64,000 nucleotides of DNA, from NCBI RefSeq assembly GCF_009914755.1, contig NC_060941.1; one strand, given 5' to 3'. The DNA is from the human T2T-CHM13v2.0 reference genome, Homo sapiens. The position numbers and the translations under genes were made by a program. The notes under the pieces were generated by a model that saw only the letters and a list, made by a program, of their open reading frames with translations, ran no database searches and was not told where the DNA came from. The first letter of the stretch is position 1; each line of letters starts with the position of its first letter. Of this stretch, positions 24,437 through 38,200 are shown piece after piece.

Positions 24437-27400
24437 TAAACCGCACAGAACTAAACAGAAGCATTCTCAGAACCTTCTTCGTGATGTTTGCATTCAACTC
24501 ACAGTGTTGAACCTTTCTTTGATAGTTCAGGTTTGAAACGGTCTTTCTGTAGAAACTGCAAGTAGATATTTGGACCTCTCTGAGGATTTCGTTGGAAACG
24601 GGATAACCCGCACAGAACTAAAACAGAAGCATTCTCAGAACCCTCTTCGTGATGTTTGCATTCAACTCACAGTGCTGAACCTTTCTTTGATAGTTCAGCT
24701 TTGAAACACTCTTTTTGTAGAAACTGCAAGTGGATATTTGGTCCTCTCTGAGGAATTCGTTGGAAACGGGATAAACTGCACAGAACTAAACAGAAGCATT
24801 CTCAGAACCTTCTTCGTGATGTCTGCATTCAACTCACAGTGTGGAACCTTTCTTTGATAGTTCAGGTTTGAAACACTCTTTTTGTAGAAACTGCAAGGGG
24901 ATAATTGCACTCTTTGAGGAGTACCGTAGTAAAGGAAATAACTTCCTATAAAAAGAAGACAGAAGCTTTCTCAGAAAATTCTTTGGGATGATTGAGTTGA
25001 ACTCACAGAGCTGAGCATTCCTTGCGATGTAGCAGTTTAGAAACACACTTTCTGCAGAATCTGCAAGTGCATATTTGGACCTCTGTGAGGAATTCGTTGG
25101 AAACGGGATAATTTCAGCTGACTAAACAGAAGCAGTCTCAGAATCTTCTTTGTGATGTTTGCATTCAAATCCCCGAGTTGAACTTTCCTTTCAAAGTTCA
25201 CGTTTGAAACACTCTTTTTGCAGGATCTACAAGTGGATATTTGGACCACTCTGTGTCCTTCGTTCGAAACGGGTATATCTTCACATGACATCTAGACAGA
25301 AGCATCCTCAGAAGCTTCTCTGTGATGACTGCATTCAACTCACGGAGTTGAACACTCCTTTTGAGAGCGCAGTTTTGAAACTCTCTTTCTGTGGCATCTG
25401 CAAGGGGACATGTAGACCTCTTTGAAGATTTCGTTGGAAACGGAATCATCTTCACATAAAAACTACACAGATGCATTCTCAGGAACTTTTTGGTGATGTT
25501 TGTATTCAACTCCCAGAGTTGAACTTTCCTTTGGAAAGAGCAGCTATGAAACACTCTTTTTCTAGAATCTGCAAGTGGACGTTTGGAGGGCTTTGTGGTT
25601 TGTGGTGGAAAAGGAAATATCTTCACCTAAATACTAGATAGAAGCATTCTCAGAAACTGCTTTGTGATGATTGCATTCACCTCACAGAGTTGAACATTCC
25701 TATTGATAGAGCAGTTTGGAAACACTCTTGTTGTGGAATGTGCAAGTGGAGATTTGGAGCGCTTTGAGGCCTATGGTAGTAAAGGGAATAGCTTCATAGA
25801 AAAACTAGACAGAAGCATTCTCAGAAAATACTTTGTGATGATTGAGTTTAACTCACAGAGCTGAACATTCCTTTGGATGGAGCAGGTTTGAGACACACCT
25901 TTTGTAGAATCTACAAGTGGATATTTGGACCTCTCTGAGGATTTCGTTGGAAACGGGATAACTGCACCTAACTAAACGGAAGCATTCTCAGAAACTTCTT
26001 GGTGATGTTTGCATTCAAATCCCAGAGTTGAACCTTCCTTTGATAGTTCAGGTTTGAAACACTCTTTTTGTAGGATCTGCAAGTGGATATTTGGACCACT
26101 CTGTGGCCTTCGTTCGAAACGGGTACATCTTCGCATAAAATCTAGACAGAAGCCTTCTCAGAAACTTCTCTGTGATGATTGCATTCAACTCACAGAGTTG
26201 AACCCTCCTATGGATAGAGCAGTGTTGAAACTCTCTTTTTGTGGAATCTGCAAGTGGATATGTGGACCTCTCCGAAGATGTCTTTGGAAACGGGAATATC
26301 TTCACATAAAAACTAAACAGAAGCATTCTCAGAAACTTCTCTGTGATGTTTGTGTTCAACTCCCAGAGTTTCACATTGCTTTTCATAGAGTAGTTCTGAA
26401 ACATGCTTTTCGTAGTGTCTACAAGTGGACATTTGGAGCGCTTTCAGGCCTGTGGTGGAAAACGAATTATGGTCACATAAAAACTGGAGAGAAGCATTGT
26501 CAGAAACTTCTTTGTGATGATTGCATTCAACTCACAGAGTTGAAGGTTCCTTTTCAAAGAGCAGTTTCCAATCACTCTTTGTGTGGAATCTGCAAGTGGA
26601 TATTTGGACCTATTTTGAAGATTTCGTTGGAAACGGGAGAATCTTCACAGGAAAGCTAAACAGAAGCATTCTCAGAAACTTCTTTGTGATGCTTGCATTC
26701 AACTCACAGAGTTGAACTTTCCTTTCGAGAGAGAAGCTTTGAAACACTCTTTTTCCAGAATCTGCAAGTGGACATTTGGAGGGCTTTGAGGCCTGTGGTG
26801 GAAAAGGAATTATCTTCCCGTAAAAGCTAGATAGAAGCATTCTCAGAAACTACTTTGTGATGATTGCATTCAAGTCACAGAGTTGAACATTCCCTTTGAC
26901 AGAGCAGTTTGGAAACTCTCTTTGTGTAGAATCTGCAAGTGGAGATATGGACCGCTTTGAGGCCTATGGTAGTAAAGGAAATAGCTTCATATAAAAGCTA
27001 GACAGTAGCATTCACAGAAAACTCTTGGTGACGACTGAGTTTAACTCACAGAGCTGAACATTCCTTTGGATGGAGCAGTTTCGAAACACACTATTTGTAG
27101 AATGTGCAAGTGGATATTTAGGCCTCTCTGAGGATTTCGTTGGAAACGGGATAAACCGCACAGAACTAAACAGAAGCATTCTCAGAACCTTCTTCGTGAT
27201 GTTTGCATTCAACTCACAGTGTTGAACCTTTCTTTGATAGTTCAGGTTTGAAATGGTCTTTCTGTAGAAACTGCAAGTAGATATTTGGACCTCTCTGAGG
27301 ATTTCGTTGGAAACGGGATAACCCGCACAGAACTAAAACAGAAGCATTCTCAGAACCCTCTTCGTGATGTTTGCATTCAACTCACAGTGCTGAACCTTTC

Positions 27401-30400
27401 TTTGATAGTTCAGCTTTGAAACACTCTTTTTGTAGAAACTGCAAGTGGATATTTGGTCCTCTCTGAGGAATTCGTTGGAAACGGGATAAACTGCACAGAA
27501 CTAAACAGAAGCATTCTCAGAACCTTCTTCGTGATGTCTGCATTCAACTCACAGTGTGGAACCTTTCTTTGATAGTTCAGGTTTGAAACACTCTTTTTGT
27601 AGAAACTGCAAGGGGATAATTGCACTCTTTGAGGAGTACCGTAGTAAAGGAAATAACTTCCTATAAAAAGAAGACAGAAGCTTTCTCAGAAAATTCTTTG
27701 GGATGATTGAGTTGAACTCACAGAGCTGAGCATTCCTTGCGATGTAGCAGTTTAGAAACACACTTTCTGCAGAATCTGCAAGTGCATATTTGGACCTCTG
27801 TGAGGAATTCGTTGGAAACGGGATAATTTCAGCTGACTAAACAGAAGCAGTCTCAGAATCTTCTTTGTGATGTTTGCATTCAAATCCCCGAGTTGAACTT
27901 TCCTTTCAAAGTTCACGTTTGAAACACTCTTTTTGCAGGATCTACAAGTGGATATTTGGACCACTCTGTGTCCTTCGTTCGAAACGGGTATATCTTCACA
28001 TGACATCTAGACAGAAGCATCCTCAGAAGCTTCTCTGTGATGACTGCATTCAACTCACAGAGTTGAACACTCCTTTTGAGAGCGCAGTTTTGAAACTCTC
28101 TTTCTGTGGCATCTGCAAGGGGACATGTAGACCTCTTTGAAGATTTCGTTGGAAACGGAATCATCTTCACATAAAAACTATACAGATGCATTCTCAGGAA
28201 CTTTTTGGTGATGTTTGTATTCAACTCCCAGAGTTGAACTTTCCTTTGGAAAGAGCAGCTATGAAACACTCTTTTTCTAGAATCTGCAAGTGGACGTTTG
28301 GAGGGCTTTGTGGTTTGTGGTGGAAAAGGAAATATCTTCACCTAAATACTAGATAGAAGCATTCTCAGAAACTGCTTTGTGATGATTGCATTCACCTCAC
28401 AGAGTTGAACATTCCTATTGATAGAGCAGTTTGGAAACACTCTTGTTGTGGAATGTGCAAGTGGAGATTTGGAGCGCTTTGAGGCCTATGGTAGTAAAGG
28501 GAATAGCTTCATAGAAAAACTAGACAGAAGCATTCTCAGAAAATACTTTGTGATGATTGAGTTTAACTCACAGAGCTGAACATTCCTTTGGATGGAGCAG
28601 GTTTGAGACACACCTTTTGTAGAATCTACAAGTGGATATTTGGACCTCTCTGAGGATTTCGTTGGAAACGGGATAACTGCACCTAACTAAACGGAAGCAT
28701 TCTCAGAAACTTCTTGGTGATGTTTGCATTCAAATCCCAGAGTTGAACCTTCCTTTGATAGTTCAGGTTTGAAACACTCTTTTTGTAGGATCTGCAAGTG
28801 GATATTTGGACCACTCTGTGGCCTTCGTTCGAAACGGGTATATCTTCGCATAAAATCTAGACAGAAGCCTTCTCAGAAACTTCTCTGTGATGATTGCATT
28901 CAACTCACAGAGTTGAACCCTCCTATGGATAGAGCAGTGTTGAAACTCTCTTTTTGTGGAATCTGCAAGTGGATATGTGGACCTCTCCGAAGATGTCTTT
29001 GGAAACGGGAATATCTTCACATAAAAACTAAACAGAAGCATTCTCAGAAACTTCTCTGTGATGTTTGTGTTCAACTCCCAGAGTTTCACATTGCTTTTCA
29101 TAGAGTAGTTCTGAAACATGCTTTTCGTAGTGTCTACAAGTGGACATTTGGAGCGCTTTCAGGCCTGTGGTGGAAAACGAATTATGGTCACATAAAAACT
29201 GGAGAGAAGCATTGTCAGAAACTTCTTTGTGATGATTGCATTCAACTCACAGAGTTGAAGGTTCCTTTTCAAAGAGCAGTTTCCAATCACTCTTTGTGTG
29301 GAATCTGCAAGTGGATATTTGGACCTATTTTGAAGATTTCGTTGGAAACGGGAGAATCTTCACAGGAAAGCTAAACAGAAGCATTCTCAGAAACTTCTTT
29401 GTGATGCTTGCATTCAACTCACAGAGTTGAACTTTCCTTTCGAGAGAGAAGCTTTGAAACACTCTTTTTCCAGAATCTGCAAGTGGACATTTGGAGGGCT
29501 TTGAGGCCTGTGGTGGAAAAGGAATTATCTTCCCGTAAAAGCTAGATAGAAGCATTCTCAGAAACTACTTTGTGATGATTGCATTCAAGTCACAGAGTTG
29601 AACATTCCCTTTGACAGAGCAGTTTGGAAACTCTCTTTGTGTAGAATCTGCAAGTGGAGATATGGACCGCTTTGAGGCCTATGGTAGTAAAGGAAATAGC
29701 TTCATATAAAAGCTAGACAGTAGCATTCACAGAAAACTCTTGGTGACGACTGAGTTTAACTCACAGAGCTGAACATTCCTTTGGATGGAGCAGTTTCGAA
29801 ACACACTATTTGTAGAATGTGCAAGTGGATATTTAGGCCTCTCTGAGGATTTCGTTGGAAATGGGATAAACCGCACAGAACTAAACAGAAGCATTCTCAG
29901 AACCTTCTTCGTGATGTTTGCATTCAACTCACAGTGTTGAACCTTTCTTTGATAGTTCAGGTTTGAAACGGTCTTTCTGTAGAAACTGCAAGTAGATATT
30001 TGGACCTCTCTGAGGATTTCGTTGGAAACGGGATAACCCGCACAGAACTAAAACAGAAGCATTCTCAGAACCCTCTTCGTGATGTTTGCATTCAACTCAC
30101 AGTGCTGAACCTTTCTTTGATAGTTCAGCTTTGAAACACTCTTTTTGTAGAAACTGCAAGTGGATATTTGGTCCTCTCTGAGGATTTCGTTGGAAACGGG
30201 ATAAACTGCACAGAACTAAACAGAAGCATTCTCAGAACCTTCTTCGTGATGTCTGCATTCAACTCACAGTGTGGAACCTTTCTTTGATAGTTCAGGTTTG
30301 AAACACTCTTTTTGTAGAAACTGCAAGGGGATAATTGCACTCTTTGAGGAGTACCGTAGTAAAGGAAATAACTTCCTATAAAAAGAAGACAGAAGCTTTC

Positions 30401-32581
30401 TCAGAAAATTCTTTGGGATGATTGAGTTGAACTCACAGAGCTGAGCATTCCTTGCGATGTAGCAGTTTAGAAACACACTTTCTGCAGAATCTGCAAGTGC
30501 ATATTTGGACCTCTGTGAGGAATTCGTTGGAAACGGGATAATTTCAGCTGACTAAACAGAAGCAGTCTCAGAATCTTCTTTGTGATGTTTGCATTCAAAT
30601 CCCCGAGTTGAACTTTCCTTTCAAAGTTCACGTTTGAAACACTCTTTTTGCAGGATCTACAAGTGGATATTTGGACCACTCTGTGTCCTTCGTTCGAAAC
30701 GGGTATATCTTCACATGACATCTAGACAGAAGCATCCTCAGAAGCTTCTCTGTGATGACTGCATTCAACTCACGGAGTTGAACACTCCTTTTGAGAGCGC
30801 AGTTTTGAAACTCTCTTTCTGTGGCATCTGCAAGGGGACATGTAGACCTCTTTGAAGATTTCGTTGGAAACGGAATCATCTTCACATAAAAACTACACAG
30901 ATGCATTCTCAGGAACTTTTTGGTGATGTTTGTATTCAACTCCCAGAGTTGAACTTTCCTTTGGAAAGAGCAGCTATGAAACACTGTTTTTCTAGAATCT
31001 GCAAGTGGACGTTTGGAGGGCTTTGTGGTTTGTGGTGGAAAAGGAAATATCTTCACCTAAATACTAGATAGAAGCATTTTCAGAAACTGCTTTGTGATGA
31101 TTGCATTCACCTCACAGAGTTGAACATTCCTATTGATAGAGCAGTTTGGAAACACTCTTGTTGTGGAATGTGCAAGTGGAGATTTGGAGTGCTTTGAGGC
31201 CTATGGTAGTAAAGGGAATAGCTTCATAGAAAAACTAGACAGAAGCATTCTCAGAAAATACTTTGTGATGATTGAGTTTAACTCACAGAGCTGAACATTC
31301 CTTTGGATGGAGCAGGTTTGAGACACACTTTTTGTAGAATCTACAAGTGGATATTTGGACCTCTCTGAGGATTTCGTTGGAAACGGGATAACTGCACCTA
31401 ACTAAACGGATGCATTCTCAGAAACTTCTTGGTGATGTTTGCATTCAAATCCCAGAGTTGAACCTTCCTTTGATAGTTCAGGTTTGAAACACTCTTTTTG
31501 TAGGATCTGCAAGTGGATATTTGGACCACTCTGTGGCCTTCGTTCGAAACGGGTATATCTTCGCATAAAATCTAGACAGAAGCCTTCTCAGAAACTTCTC
31601 TGTGATGATTGCATTCAACTCACAGAGTTGAACCCTCCTATGGATAGAGCAGTGTTGAAACTCTCTTTTTGTGGAATCTGCAAGTGGATATGTGGACCTC
31701 TCCGAAGATGTCTTTGGAAACGGGAATATCTTCACATAAAAACTAAACAGAAGCATTCTCAGAAACTTCTCTGTGATGTTTGTGTTCAACTCCCAGAGTT
31801 TCACATTGCTTTTCATAGAGTAGTTCTGAAACATGCTTTTCGTAGTGTCTACAAGTGGACATTTGGAGCGCTTTCAGGCCTGTGGTGGAAAACGAATTAT
31901 GGTCACATAAAAACTGGAGAGAAGCATTGTCAGAAACTTCTTTGTGATGATTGCATTCAACTCACAGAGTTGAAGGTTCCTTTTCAAAGAGCAGTTTCCA
32001 ATCACTCTTTGTGTGGAATCTGCAAGTGGATATTTGGACCTATTTTGAAGATTTCGTTGGAAACGGGAGAATCTTCACAGGAAAGCTAAACAGAAGCATT
32101 CTCAGAAACTTCTTTGTGATGCTTGCATTCAACTCACAGAGTTGAACTTTCCTTTCGAGAGAGAAGCTTTGAAACACTCTTTTTCCAGAATCTGCAAGTG
32201 GACATTTGGAGGGCTTTGAGGCCTGTGGTGGAAAAGGAATTATCTTCCCGTAAAAGCTAGATAGAAGCATTCTCAGAAACTACTTTGTGATGATTGCATT
32301 CAAGTCACAGAGTTGAACATTCCCTTTGACAGAGCAGTTTGGAAACTCTCTTTGTGTAGAATCTGCAAGTGGAGATATGGACCGCTTTGAGGCCTATGGT
32401 AGTAAAGGAAATAGCTTCATATAAAAGCTAGACAGTAGCATTCACAGAAAACTCTTGGTGACGACTGAGTTTAACTCACAGAGCTGAACATTCCTTTGGA
32501 TGGAGCAGTTTCGAAACACACTATTTGTAGAATGTGCAAGTGGATATTTAGGCCTCTCTGAGGATTTCGTTGGAAACGGGA

Positions 32582-35297
32582 TAAACCGCACAGAACTAAA
32601 CAGAAGCATTCTCAGAACCTTCTTCGTGATGTTTGCATTCAACTCACAGTGTTGAACCTTTCTTTGATAGTTCAGGTTTGAAACGGTCTTTCTGCAGAAA
32701 CTGCAAGTAGATATTTGGACCGCTCTGAGGATTTCGTTGGAAACGGGATAACCCGCACAGAACTAAAACAGAAGCATTCTCAGAACCCTCTTCGTGATGT
32801 TTGCATTCAACTCACAGTGCTGAACCTTTCTTTGATAGTTCAGCTTTGAAACTCTCTTTTTGTAGAAAGTGCAAGTGGATTTTTGGTCCTCTCTGAGGAT
32901 TTCGTTGGAAACGGGATAAACTGCACAGAACTAAACAGAAGCATTCTCAGAACCTTCTTCGTGATGTCTGCATTCAACTCACAGTGTGGAACCTTTCTTT
33001 GATAGTTCAGGTTTGAAACACTCTTTTTGTAGAAACTGCAAGGGGATAATTGCACTCTTTGAGGAGTACCGTAGTAAAGGAAATAACTTCCTATAAAAAG
33101 AAGACAGAAGCTTTCTCAGAAAATTCTTTGGGATGATTGAGTTGAACTCACAGAGCTGAGCATTCCTTGCGATGTAGCAGTTTAGAAACACACTTTCTGC
33201 AGAATCTGCAAGTGCATATTTGGACCTCTGTGAGGAATTCGTTGGAAACGGGATAATTTCAGGTGACTAAACAGAAGCAGTCTCAGAATCTTCTTTGTGA
33301 TGTTTGCATTCAAATCCCCGAGTTGAACTTTCCTTTCAAAGTTCACGTTTGAAACACTCTTTTTGCAGGATCTACAAGTGGATATTTGGACCACTCTGTG
33401 TCCTTCGTTCGAAACGGGTATATCTTCACATGACATCTAGACAGAAGCATCCTCAGAAGCTTCTCTGTGATGACTGCATTCAACTCACGGAGTTGAACAC
33501 TCCTTTTGAGAGCGCAGTTTTGAAACTCTCTTTCTGTGGCATCTGCAAGGGGACATGTAGACCTCTTTGAAGATTTCGTTGGAAACGGAATCATCTTCAC
33601 ATAAAAACTATACAGATGCATTCTCAGGAACTTTTTGGTGATGTTTGTATTCAACTCCCAGAGTTGAACTTTCCTTTGGAAAGAGCAGCTATGAAACACT
33701 GTTTTTCTAGAATCTGCAAGTGGACGTTTGGAGGGCTTTGTGGTTTGTGGTGGAGAAGGAAATATCTTCACCTAAATACTAGATAGAAGCATTCTCAGAA
33801 ACTGCTTTGTGATGATTGCATTCACCTCACAGAGTTGAACATTCCTATTGATAGAGCAGTTTGGAAACACTCTTGTTGTGGAATGTGCAAGTGGAGATTT
33901 GGAGCGCTTTGAGGCCTATGGTAGTAAAGGGAATAGCTTCATAGAAAAACTAGACAGAAGCATTCTCAGAAAATACTTTGTGATGATTGAGTTTAACTCA
34001 CAGAGCTGAACATTCCTTTGGATGGAGCAGGTTTGAGACACACCTTTTGTAGAATCTACAAGTGGATATTTGGACCTCTCCTGAGGATTTCGTTGGAAAC
34101 GGGATAACTGCACCTAACTAAACGGAAGCATTCTCAGAAACTTCTTGGTGATGTTTGCATTCAAATCCCAGAGTTGAACCTTCCTTTGATAGTTCAGGTT
34201 TGAAACACTCTTTTTGTAGGATCTGCAAGTGGATATTTGGACCACTCTGTGGCCTTCGTTCGAAACGGGTATATCTTCGCATAAAATCTAGACAGAAGCC
34301 TTCTCAGAAACTTCTCTGTGATGATTGCATTCAACTCACAGAGTTGAACCCTCCTATGGATAGAGCAGTGTTGAAACTCTCTTTTTGTGGAATCTGCAAG
34401 TGGATATGTGGACCTCTCCGAAGATGTCTTTGGAAACGGGAATATCTTCACATAAAAACTAAACAGAAGCATTCTCAGAAACTTCTCTGTGATGTTTGTG
34501 TTCAACTCCCAGAGTTTCACATTGCTTTTCATAGAGTAGTTCTGAAACATGCTTTTCGTAGTGTCTACAAGTGGACATTTGGAGCGCTTTCAGGCCTGTG
34601 GTGGAAAACGAATTATGGTCACATAAAAACTGGAGAGAAGCATTGTCAGAAACTTCTTTGTGATGATTGCATTCAACTCACAGAGTTGAAGGTTCCTTTT
34701 CAAAGAGCAGTTTCCAATCACTCTTTGTGTGGAATCTGCAAGTGGATATTTGGACCTATTTTGAAGATTTCGTTGGAAACGGGAGAATCTTCACAGGAAA
34801 GCTAAACAGAAGCATTCTCAGAAACTTCTTTGTGATGCTTGCATTCAACTCACAGAGTTGAACTTTCCTTTCGAGAGAGAAGCTTTGAAACACTCTTTTT
34901 CCAGAATCTGCAAGTGGACATTTGGAGGGCTTTGAGGCCTGTGGTGGAAAAGGAATTATCTTCCCGTAAAAGCTAGATAGAAGCATTCTCAGAAACTACT
35001 TTGTGATGATTGCATTCAAGTCACAGAGTTGAACATTCCCTTTGACAGAGCAGTTTGGAAACTCTCTTTGTGTAGAATCTGCAAGTGGAGATATGGACCG
35101 CTTTGAGGCCTATGGTAGTAAAGGAAATAGCTTCATATAAAAGCTAGACAGTAGCATTCACAGAAAACTCTTGGTGACGACTGAGTTTAACTCACAGAGC
35201 TGAACATTCCTTTGGATGGAGCAGTTTCGAAACACACTATTTGTAGAATGTGCAAGTGGATATTTAGGCCTCTCTGAGGATTTCGTTGGAAACGGGA
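32582..35297. repeat. HOR unit 13, 2716-bp variant (+C at about 34081)
   Basis: Same +C insertion; shares several SNVs with unit 9. Confidence 0.93.
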
Positions 35298-38200
35298 TAA
35301 ACCGCACAGAACTAAACAGAAGCATTCTCAGAACCTTCTTCGTGATGTTTGCATTCAACTCACAGTGTTGAACCTTTCTTTGATAGTTCAGGTTTGAAAT
35401 GGTCTTTCTGTAGAAACTGCAAGTAGATATTTGGACCTCTCTGAGGATTTCGTTGGAAACGGGATAACCCGCACAGAACTAAAACAGAAGCATTCTCAGA
35501 ACCCTCTTCGTGATGTTTGCATTCAACTCACAGTGCTGAACCTTTCTTTGATAGTTCAGCTTTGAAACACTCTTTTTGTAGAAACTGCAAGTGGATATTT
35601 GGTCCTCTCTGAGGAATTCGTTGGAAACGGGATAAACTGCACAGAACTAAACAGAAGCATTCTCAGAACCTTCTTCGTGATGTCTGCATTCAACTCACAG
35701 TGTGGAACCTTTCTTTGATAGTTCAGGTTTGAAACACTCTTTTTGTAGAAACTGCAAGGGGATAATTGCACTCTTTGAGGAGTACCGTAGTAAAGGAAAT
35801 AACTTCCTATAAAAAGAAGACAGAAGCTTTCTCAGAAAATTCTTTGGGATGATTGAGTTGAACTCACAGAGCTGAGCATTCCTTGCGATGTAGCAGTTTA
35901 GAAACACACTTTCTGCAGAATCTGCAAGTGCATATTTGGACCTCTGTGAGGAATTCGTTGGAAACGGGATAATTTCAGCTGACTAAACAGAAGCAGTCTC
36001 AGAATCTTCTTTGTGATGTTTGCATTCAAATCCCCGAGTTGAACTTTCCTTTCAAAGTTCACGTTTGAAACACTCTTTTTGCAGGATCTACAAGTGGATA
36101 TTTGGACCACTCTGTGTCCTTCGTTCGAAACGGGTATATCTTCACATGACATCTAGACAGAAGCATCCTCAGAAGCTTCTCTGTGATGACTGCATTCAAC
36201 TCACGGAGTTGAACACTCCTTTTGAGAGCGCAGTTTTGAAACTCTCTTTCTGTGGCATCTGCAAGGGGACATGTAGACCTCTTTGAAGATTTCGTTGGAA
36301 ACGGAATCATCTTCACATAAAAACTATACAGATGCATTCTCAGGAACTTTTTGGTGATGTTTGTATTCAACTCCCAGAGTTGAACTTTCCTTTGGAAAGA
36401 GCAGCTATGAAACACTCTTTTTCTAGAATCTGCAAGTGGACGTTTGGAGGGCTTTGTGGTTTGTGGTGGAAAAGGAAATATCTTCACCTAAATACTAGAT
36501 AGAAGCATTCTCAGAAACTGCTTTGTGATGATTGCATTCACCTCACAGAGTTGAACATTCCTATTGATAGAGCAGTTTGGAAACACTCTTGTTGTGGAAT
36601 GTGCAAGTGGAGATTTGGAGCGCTTTGAGGCCTATGGTAGTAAAGGGAATAGCTTCATAGAAAAACTAGACAGAAGCATTCTCAGAAAATACTTTGTGAT
36701 GATTGAGTTTAACTCACAGAGCTGAACATTCCTTTGGATGGAGCAGGTTTGAGACACACCTTTTGTAGAATCTACAAGTGGATATTTGGACCTCTCTGAG
36801 GATTTCGTTGGAAACGGGATAACTGCACCTAACTAAACGGAAGCATTCTCAGAAACTTCTTGGTGATGTTTGCATTCAAATCCCAGAGTTGAACCTTCCT
36901 TTGATAGTTCAGGTTTGAAACACTCTTTTTGTAGGATCTGCCAGTGGATATTTGGACCACTCTGTGGCCTTCGTTCGAAACGGGTACATCTTCGCATAAA
37001 ATCTAGACAGAAGCCTTCTCAGAAACTTCTCTGTGATGATTGCATTCAACTCACAGAGTTGAACCCTCCTATGGATAGAGCAGTGTTGAAACTCTCTTTT
37101 TGTGGAATCTGCAAGTGGATATGTGGACCTCTCCGAAGATGTCTTTGGAAACGGGAATATCTTCACATAAAAACTAAACAGAAGCATTCTCAGAAACTTC
37201 TCTGTGATGTTTGTGTTCAACTCCCAGAGTTTCACATTGCTTTTCATAGAGTAGTTCTGAAACATGCTTTTCGTAGTGTCTACAAGTGGACATTTGGAGC
37301 GCTTTCAGGCCTGTGGTGGAAAACGAATTATGGTCACATAAAAACTGGAGAGAAGCATTGTCAGAAACTTCTTTGTGATGATTGCATTCAACTCACAGAG
37401 TTGAAGGTTCCTTTTCAAAGAGCAGTTTCCAATCACTCTTTGTGTGGAATCTGCAAGTGGATATTTGGACCTATTTTGAAGATTTCGTTGGAAACGGGAG
37501 AATCTTCACAGGAAAGCTAAACAGAAGCATTCTCAGAAACTTCTTTGTGATGCTTGCATTCAACTCACAGAGTTGAACTTTCCTTTCGAGAGAGAAGCTT
37601 TGAAACACTCTTTTTCCAGAATCTGCAAGTGGACATTTGGAGGGCTTTGAGGCCTGTGGTGGAAAAGGAATTATCTTCCCGTAAAAGCTAGATAGAAGCA
37701 TTCTCAGAAACTACTTTGTGATGATTGCATTCAAGTCACAGAGTTGAACATTCCCTTTGACAGAGCAGTTTGGAAACTCTCTTTGTGTAGAATCTGCAAG
37801 TGGAGATATGGACCGCTTTGAGGCCTATGGTAGTAAAGGAAATAGCTTCATATAAAAGCTAGACAGTAGCATTCACAGAAAACTCTTGGTGACGACTGAG
37901 TTTAACTCACAGAGCTGAACATTCCTTTGGATGGAGCAGTTTCGAAACACACTATTTGTAGAATGTGCAAGTGGATATTTAGGCCTCTCTGAGGATTTCG
38001 TTGGAAACGGGATAAACCGCACAGAACTAAACAGAAGCATTCTCAGAACCTTCTTCGTGATGTTTGCATTCAACTCACAGTGTTGAACCTTTCTTTGATA
38101 GTTCAGGTTTGAAACGGTCTTTCTGTAGAAACTGCAAGTAGATATTTGGACCTCTCTGAGGATTTCGTTGGAAACGGGATAACCCGCACAGAACTAAAAC

